Origin: Octopus sinensis
Taxonomy: Eukaryota
Assembly (NCBI RefSeq): GCF_006345805.1
Contig: NC_043015.1
Span: 42,594,001-42,658,000, forward strand
Direction of reading: 5' to 3'
DNA length: 64,000 bases
The notes under the pieces were generated by a model. It did no database searches and was not told the origin of the DNA. It saw only the letters and a list, made by a program, of their open reading frames with translations. Each line of letters begins with the position of its first letter. The first letter of the stretch is position 1. Of this stretch, positions 58,301 to 64,000 are shown in pieces. Both the position numbers and the translations under genes were made by a program.

Positions 58301-59371
58301 TTGTTTGGTACGAACAGTGATTTTTGCCAACGGTTAGCATGCATGGAGAGACCTGGAGACACAAATGCTCGTACATGGAAGGAGGTGGAGGAGAAGGGTG
58401 AGGATGAAGAAGAAGAAGAAGAAGGAGAAGGAGAAGGAGGAGAAGAATGAAGGGGAGAAGAAAGAGAAGACGAATGAGGGGAAGAAGAAGATGGATGGGG
58501 GGAAGAAGGGGAGAAGGAGAAAAAGGATGAGGATGAGAATGAAGGGGAAGAAGAAGGATGAAGAAGAGGAGAGAAGGATGAGGATGAGAATGAAGAGGAG
58601 AAGGAGAAAAAGGATGAGGATGAGAATGAAGAGGAGAAGGAGAAGAGGACGAAGGAGAGAAGGAGTAGGAGGGAGGAGAAGAAGGATGAAGAAGAGGAGA
58701 GAAGGATGAGGATGAAGGGAAGGAGGAGGAGGTGGAGGAGAAGAAGGATGAAGAAGAGGAGGAGAAGGATGAGGATGAAGAGAAGGAGGAGGAGGTGGAG
58801 GAGAAGAAGGATGAAGAAGAGGAGGAGGAGGAGGATGAAGAGGAGAAGGGGAGAAAGAGAAGAAGAAAAAGGATGGGGATGAAGAGGAGAAGGATGAAGA
58901 AGAGGAGGAGGAGAAGAAGAAGGATGAAGAGGAGGGGTAGGAGGAGGAAGAGGAGAAGAAAAAGAAGAAGAAGAAGAAGAAGAAGAAAGAGATGAAGGAG
59001 AATGTGAAGAAGAAGGATGAGGATGAGAATGAGGAGAAGAAGAAGGAAGAAAAGGAGGCGAAGGAGAAGGGGGTGGAGAAGACGACAGTGAAGAAGAAAA
59101 AAGAAGATAGGGATTAGGAAGAAAGAAGATGAAAGAGAGGAGGGGCCTGGAGGAAGAGGAGGAAAGAAGGAAAATTATTATTATTATTATTATTATTATT
59201 ATCATCAATATTATCATTATTATTATCCTTATTATAATAATAATAGTTATTATTATATTATTATTATCATTATTATCATTATTATTATTATTATTATCAT
59301 TATTATTATCATTATTATTATTATCATTATTATTATCATTATTATTATTATTATTATCATTATTATTATCA

Positions 59372-59402
<31 letters not shown>

Positions 59403-59406
59403 TATT

Positions 59407-59441
<35 letters not shown>

Positions 59442-59462
59442 TATTATTATTATTATTATTAC

Positions 59463-59555
<93 letters not shown>

Positions 59556-59672
59556 CACTTACTGATTTGACTGGTGCTTTATTGCTTGAACTATCAACGG
59601 GTGAGGTTCTTTTTCAAAACACTCCCGATATGCTTTCCGACATTTTTCCAAAAGATGGTCACTTTCGTCCAT
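43940..59672 (-). CDS. LRRC34: Leucine-rich repeat-containing protein 34 (RNI-like LRRs), 9 coding exons, 403 aa with exon 9b or 385 aa with exon 9a
   Basis: complement(join(43940..44116 or 44347..44469,47503..47632,48680..48832,51304..51422,52218..52355,53426..53554,54999..55082,56026..56197,59563..59672)). All introns are GT-AG and the phases are consistent. LNLMCNDIGPKGGELIA, INLNRPLL and DVKPY..EG..HL match LRRC34 as recalled. Confidence 0.85.
44347..44469 (-). CDS. LRRC34: LRRC34 terminal exon copy 9a (proximal, truncated, ends RQFLFRQKQQ*)
   Basis: Intact acceptor TTTCGTCTTTCTTTAAG|GCA; 40 aa. Confidence 0.55.
   Translation of the reverse strand, partial: AVHRLLEEKRLSEDCIDVKPYNIEGIYHLGRQFLFRQKQQ
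44624..44916. mobile_element. Fold-back MITE, ~135-bp near-perfect arms and a 19-nt loop, in (TA)n
   Basis: Left arm 44624-44757, right arm 44777-44916. Confidence 0.85.
45152..45369. mobile_element. Mariner-derived MITE (a second copy at ~45379-45815 contains a nested TTAA MITE)
   Basis: TA|TGAGGGGGTGCTGAAAAGTTCCTGGCTTT ... AAAGCCAGGAACTTTTCAG. Confidence 0.7.
45905..46595 (+). mobile_element. RTE (BovB-like) LINE 3' end, tandemly duplicated
   Basis: SWTARLTNEEVL...RRLAYFGHIMQR..LEKDIMLG.V.GKRGRGRPRTRWLD..K appears twice (ending at 46233 and 46579); (GATA)n tail. Confidence 0.85.
46759..47147 (+). mobile_element. SINE family 1, full length, 10-bp TSD
   Basis: ATATATGAAT at 46749-46758 and 47148-47157. 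Confidence 0.9.
47503..47632 (-). CDS. LRRC34: LRRC34 exon 8
   Basis: LIIVSNNIGVNG...LTSLFIWGNDVQPSAGE. Confidence 0.9.
47680..48610. repeat. C/A-rich degenerate microsatellite (CACCACCCATCACCCT)n
   Basis: About 930 bp that is nearly G-free on the + strand; LRRC34 intron 7. Confidence 0.9.
48680..48832 (-). CDS. LRRC34: LRRC34 exon 7
   Basis: NRIGEDGMNMLADAM...NIGYNRIGNTGAVYLADLLKVNTSLK. Confidence 0.9.
49390..49852 (+). mobile_element. Helentron/DINE-1-like non-autonomous element (HINE)
   Basis: Starts AACAAGAGC; contains (ACAA)n; ends in a perfect 12-bp hairpin TACCTCCACCTT-CGCT-AAGGTGGAGGTA (49821-49848). A partial reverse copy lies at ~32882-33135. Confidence 0.65.
50500..50760. repeat. 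Compound microsatellite (AGC/AGT/AAG/AAAG/GAG)
   Basis: Directly visible. Confidence 0.9.
50828..51290. repeat. 33-bp minisatellite (GAT)6AGTGATGAGGATGGG
   Basis: Directly visible; starts about 14 nt after the LRRC34 exon 6 donor. Confidence 0.9.
51304..51422 (-). CDS. LRRC34: LRRC34 exon 6
   Basis: MNPVLIELHLQQLGMEDYGATIISESLRNNTILTHLDLS; not shown in the ORF track. Confidence 0.88.
51590..51830 (-). mobile_element. RTE-type reverse transcriptase fragment
   Basis: LYREAISKVRIG...EEFRVEVGVHQGSALSPLLFIIVL...CPWELL|VAESL; the YADD motif is absent. Confidence 0.8.
52218..52355 (-). CDS. LRRC34: LRRC34 exon 5
   Basis: NIDSMIAMATVL...INLNRPLLKNMEEE...HISHLLK. Confidence 0.88.
53426..53554 (-). 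CDS. LRRC34: LRRC34 exon 4
   Basis: TNSTLESLNMNGNKIGRNGVLMFARALQFNIGLKELNVGHTDM. Confidence 0.9.
54631..54966. mobile_element. hAT-type MITE
   Basis: CAGGGCTTCTCAACC ... GGTTGATAACCACTG termini. Confidence 0.6.
54999..55082 (-). CDS. LRRC34: LRRC34 exon 3
   Basis: SSSSLICLNLMCNDIGPKGGELIAAALQ; 84 nt = one 28-aa RI-type repeat. Confidence 0.9.
56026..56197 (-). CDS. LRRC34: LRRC34 exon 2 (CLNVAGN...NLSYNNITDEGSHSVAQLIK)
   Basis: LRR motif; AG/GT boundaries. Confidence 0.88.
56262..56858 (-). mobile_element. SINE family 3 concatemer (3 units)
   Basis: Junction GCAGACGAAATACCT|ATTTCTTTACT occurs twice. Confidence 0.85.
57538..57985. repeat. ~160-bp tandem repeat (x~3) derived from SINE family 3, with an internal duplication of ACCACTTTGGTAATATTAATT
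   Basis: GACCTCGGCGAG at ~57538, 57700 and 57860. Confidence 0.8.
58380..59555. repeat. Purine-rich (GAA/GAG/GAT) tract followed by (ATT)n(ATC)n(AGT)n
   Basis: About 1.2 kb directly after the LRRC34 exon 1 donor. Confidence 0.9.
59563..59672 (-). CDS. LRRC34: LRRC34 exon 1 (MDESDHLLEKCRKAYRECFEKEPHPLIVQAIKHQSN)
   Basis: GCTTCACCATGG start context; donor GTAAGT; phase 2 fits exon 2. Confidence 0.75.
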
Positions 59673-60579
59673 GGTGAAGCTTGTTTCTCTTCTAACTACT
59701 TCTTAATCATATTTTTTAAATGAAAAAATATAATATATATATATATATATATATAAAAAAAGAAACAAGAAATGAAGAATAAAGCTAAAATAAAACATTG
59801 CCATCACGAGGAAGAAATGGTTAATCATCATCATCATCATCATCATCGTTTAACGTCCGCTTTCCATGCTAGCATGGGTTGGATGGTTCAACTGGGGTCT
59901 GGCAAGCCCGAAGGCTGCACCAGGCCAGTCAGATCTGGCAGTGTTTCTACAGCTGGATGCCCTTTCTAACGCCAACCACTCCGAGAGTGTAGTGGGTGAT
60001 TTTATGTGCCACCGACACAGGTACCAGACAAGGCTGGCAGACGGCCACGCTCGGATGGTGTTTTTTATGTGCCACCGACACAGGTGCCAGATGAGGCTGG
60101 CAGACAGCCACGCACGGATGGTGTTTTCTTATGTGTCACCGACACAGGTGCCAGACGAGGCTGGTGAACGGCCACGCTCGGATGGTGTTTGTTACGTGCC
60201 CTCAGCACGGAGGCCAGTCGATGCGGTACTGGCTATGGTCACGTTCAGATGGTTTTCTTATGTGCCACCGGCACTGGTACCACAAGGATACAAATTCCAT
60301 TGATGTTCATCTATTTTGATTTGGTTTGATTTGATTTGATTTGATTTTCACTTGCCTCAACAGGTCTTCACAAGTGTCACAAGAAGGAAGGTATGCACAG
60401 GTGGACTGACTATGTCCCAGGTAGGGGCCACGGGTTATGGCTTGTTTAGTAATTCACATGATTCTGTCAAAGGTAATGCTTATATTTATTCACATGGTTT
60501 TCAATTAATCATGGATTATCTCATAGCTGTGAGATTTCAATGGGATTACTCTTACTCTCTTTACGCTTTTACATTTCAA

Positions 60580-61132
60580 TCGGTTTTAGGGTTAGGGTTA
60601 GGGGGGAAGGGTATCTTTTTTTCTTCACAAATGTAAATAAACCCAATCTGTTTCTTAAATGAGGGACATATTCATACGGCACAGAATGTTTTTTTACCTC
60701 AATAGACGTCATTGATCGGTTGAAATTGCAGAATTTGAAGAAAAAAAACAACAAATATCTTACAAACTGTAGAATTTTCTCAATAAAGCCAAGAGAAAAA
60801 GATGTTTTATGTAACACATTCTACCAGTATACGAAGTTTAAAAGTGTTTAGTTACGTGGAAATGTAAATAAACCCAATCTGTTTCTTAAATGAGGGACAT
60901 ATTCATACGGCACAATGTTTTTTTTTACCTCAATAGACGTCATTGATCGGTTGAAATTGCAGAAATTGAAGAAAAAAACAACAACAAATATCTTACAAAC
61001 TGTAGAATTTTCTCAATAGAGCCAAGAGAAAAAGATGTTTTATGTAACACATTCTACCAGTATACGAAGTTTAAAAGTGTTTAGTTACGTGGAAATTATA
61101 TTAAAAAACTGCCATTCAAACTGAAAAGATCC
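60580..61132. mobile_element. GGATC-TIR MITE remnant with a ~231-bp internal tandem duplication
   Basis: 60632-60860 is repeated at 60863-61090; right end TTCAAACTGAAAAGATCC; TTAGGG repeats. Confidence 0.65.
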
Positions 61133-61440
61133 GGCAATTGGGTAAAATAACCCTGTGGACAAGCGAGTGACGCCTGATGTTAAGATTTAGACAATCACCT
61201 GTTGTGAACACAAATGTCCAAACTTGCTTCTGTAACTTGGTTACGAGAAACGAAGTGAATTAATTGAAAACTTTACAAGTTCTTTGGTAATTTAAATTGT
61301 TGATAATGAATGATTACATAATATAGAAATTGAGATTTGTTTGTTCGTTGATTGAAACATCGCTAAAAATACGTACTGACTTCCAAGCTATGCAATCAAA
61401 TTAATTACATTGCAGTCTTCTCATTTGCCCGAAATGTATT

Positions 61441-61614
61441 GGATCTTTTCGGTTTGAACGGCAGTTTTTAACATAATTTCTAGGTAACCAACTCTAACTA
61501 ACCCTAACCCTAAAAGAGATTGAGATGCAATAGATCGATACTAGGGTCATAATTATGGGTGACAATTTCATATGACACCACTAGAAAAAACTGACGTTCA
61601 AACCGAAAAGATCC
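61441..61614. mobile_element. GGATC-TIR MITE (Merlin-like), 8-bp TSD
   Basis: GGATCTTTTCGGTTTGAACG / CGTTCAAACCGAAAAGATCC; flanks AATGTATT / AAAGTATT. Confidence 0.7.
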
Positions 61615-61733
61615 AAAGTATTTGCTACAACCATTAACTTATGGTAGTTAATATTTTGATCTTAGAGTGTTAGGGTTTATTGGTTTCACAAATACCGCTG
61701 GCATCAACTTTTAGGTCCTTCAAAAGAAATAAG

Positions 61734-62364
61734 GGATCTTTTCCTTTTGAACGGCAGATGTCAACACAATTTCTAGTTAACTGAACACTTTTAAACTTCG
61801 TATACTGGTAGAATGTGTTTATAAAACATCATTTTCTCTTGGTTTTATTGAGAAAATTCTATAGTTTGTAAGATATTTCGTCTGAAAATCCGAGCATTTC
61901 GGCAATTTTAACCAATCGATTACCTCCATTCAACTAAAATCATTTGCTGTGTCTAAAACTGAGACATCCTGTAACTAACTCTAAACCTCCTCCCTAACCC
62001 TAACCCTAATTTTTTTTTCTTAATCGTTAAATTAATTTAATTCCATTGCTTTAGTTTTTTTACATGCATAACAATTAAATTAATTTAACAATTAAGAAAA
62101 ACAAATTTAAGGTTAGGGGGGAGGTTTAGGGTTAGTTACAGGATGTTGTCTCAGTTTTAGAGGCAGCAAATGATTTTAGCTCAAAAGAGAGCATAGGATT
62201 GGTTAAAATTCGAAAAATTAAACTACGTTAAACAAACAAATTACAATTTTCTCAAGAAAGCCAAGAGAAAAAAAATGTTTTATTTTGACACATTCTACCA
62301 GTATACAAAGTTTTAAAGTGTTTAGTTAACTAGAAATTGTCTGCCGTTCAAAAGGAAAAGATCC
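61734..62364. mobile_element. Long palindromic GGATC-TIR MITE (Merlin-like), perfect 8-bp TSD GAAATAAG
   Basis: The arms run through most of the element; internal CCCTAA/TTAGGG. Confidence 0.75.
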
Positions 62365-62387
62365 GAAATAAGAAACAAGCAAGTGTA

Positions 62388-62820
62388 CAGTTTGGTGCCC
62401 CACCTAATTTTGTGTTCTCATTACTTTTCGGGAAATGATTATATTTTAAAATGAAATTGTACATCGATATGCTTTCGTGGGTGTGGATAACGGTTATGTC
62501 GATAATATTAGGATCTCAACCCCACCTTCAGGACTGTCTTTAATTTGCATAATTTTAAATGACATTTTATAGAAATTCATTTTCAAAGCTGCTAGTTATG
62601 GAATTTACTTTTACTTTTATTTTTACTTGTTTCAGTCATTTGACTGCGGCCATGCTGGAGCACCGCCTTTAGTCGAGCAAATCAACCCCGGGACTTATTC
62701 TTTGTAAGCCCAATACTTATTCTATCGGTCTCTTTTTGCCGAACCGCTAAGTGACGGGGACGTAAACACACCAGCATCGGTTGTCAAGCAATGCTTAGGG
62801 GGACAAACACAGACACACAA

Positions 62821-62853
<33 letters not shown>

Positions 62854-63797
62854 CATGTATACGACAGGCTTCTTTCAGTTTCCGTCTACCAAATCCACTC
62901 ACAAGGCATTGGTCGGCCCGGGGCTATAGCAGAAGGCACTTGCCCAAGATGCCGCGCAGTGGGACTGAACCCGGAACCATGTGGTTGGTTAATATTTCAA
63001 ATATATAGATCCGAAAAAGTACTTCAAAAATGCTAAAATCGCGGAAATTGATGGTGACAGAGTCAGTGGAAAGGAGAAAATGATCTGAAATTCTCGACCC
63101 TATGAAAATGTTTGAAAAAGAAAATTTTTTTGGCAAAGTTTCGTTTGTCGTAGCACACGTTTCCGTCGATTCCGTAAAAACTTTTATTTTTTTACATATG
63201 GCTTTGCGGGAATATTTGAAGTAATGAGAGCGAAAGAGACTAAGAGGAAGCGATTTTATGACGAGGGAATTTCTTTTGAAGTCCCCGTGTGTGTGTTTGA
63301 TGGGGTGTGGGAGACAGACAGTATGTTGTGTAAGTGAAGTGCTTCTGTTAGTGTGTGCGAAGAGACAGAGAGAGTAATGTGTGAAAGAGAGAGATAACTG
63401 AAATTTTTTACTCGGTGTATGTGTATATGTATGTGTGTGTGTGTATGTATCTATGTATGTGTGTGTGTATGTATGTGTGTGTGTGTGTAAGTATGTGTGT
63501 GTGTATGTATGTATGGCCGATTCAGTGTATATGTATGTCTGCATGTATGTGTGTGTGTGTATGTATCTATGTATGTGTGTGTGTGTATGTATGTGTGTGT
63601 GTATGTATGTGTGTATGTATGTATGTATGTATGGCCGATTCAGTGTTTACATTTTTTACGGAAATCGACAATCGACGGAGGAAATCGACGGAAACGTGTG
63701 CTACGACAAACGAAACATCGCCTTTTTTTTTTTTAAATGCCCATTTTAATAAGTTATGGAAAAACAAAGTCAAATGGGTTGGTGGGGCACTAAACTG
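62388..63797. mobile_element. Tc1/mariner-like non-autonomous element with nested SINE-2 and a nested MITE (63132-63722)
   Basis: TA|CAGTTTGGTGCCCCACC ... GGTGGGGCACTAAACTG|TA (17-bp TIR, 1 mismatch). Confidence 0.65.
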
Positions 63798-64000
63798 TAG
63801 TTATGCCTAAATATCAAACCTACTCACCACCGAGCTTTTTCGCGGCTATTTGAGCGGCATTCAGCTTTATGCCCGACATTCGCAAAATATTTCTGAAAAT
63901 TCCTAAAAAATAAAAAGTTATGCCGTACTTAAAACAGAATTCCTCCCTCATATGACTTGCTAGAAACAACTCAAACTATCTTAATAATAAAGAAAGAAAA

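Noticed and set aside
58276-59677. Long low-complexity ORFs
   Set aside because: Microsatellite translations; the real exon here is only 59563-59672 on the minus strand.

Overview
AT-rich, intron- and repeat-rich animal genomic DNA. It is most likely a coleoid cephalopod (Octopus-like), judging from the SINE families, the microsatellite load and an intron-containing tRNA-Lys(UUU); this is an inference. I reconstructed three spliced genes by hand, all with GT-AG introns and consistent phases. (1) GNL2/Nog2, a nucleolar GTPase: minus strand, 15 coding exons, 36620->11624, 764 aa. (2) A 3-exon, 83-aa gene on the plus strand (37364-40335), head-to-head with GNL2 and missed by the ORF track, which looks like the histone-fold kinetochore protein CENP-W. 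(3) LRRC34: minus strand, 59672->43940, with its last coding exon present twice in tandem. Positions 1-5.5 kb hold a tandem array (1632-bp period) of decaying retroelement ORF1/gag-like RRM plus CCHC zinc-knuckle ORFs with conserved hairpins. This is followed by hAT and pogo transposase debris. A GNL2 intron carries a tandem pair of intron-containing tRNA-Lys(UUU) copies inside a mariner fossil. The rest is SINEs (some concatemerised or turned into minisatellites), MITEs, a Helitron, RTE fragments and long microsatellites. There is no CRISPR array, rRNA or prokaryotic feature.
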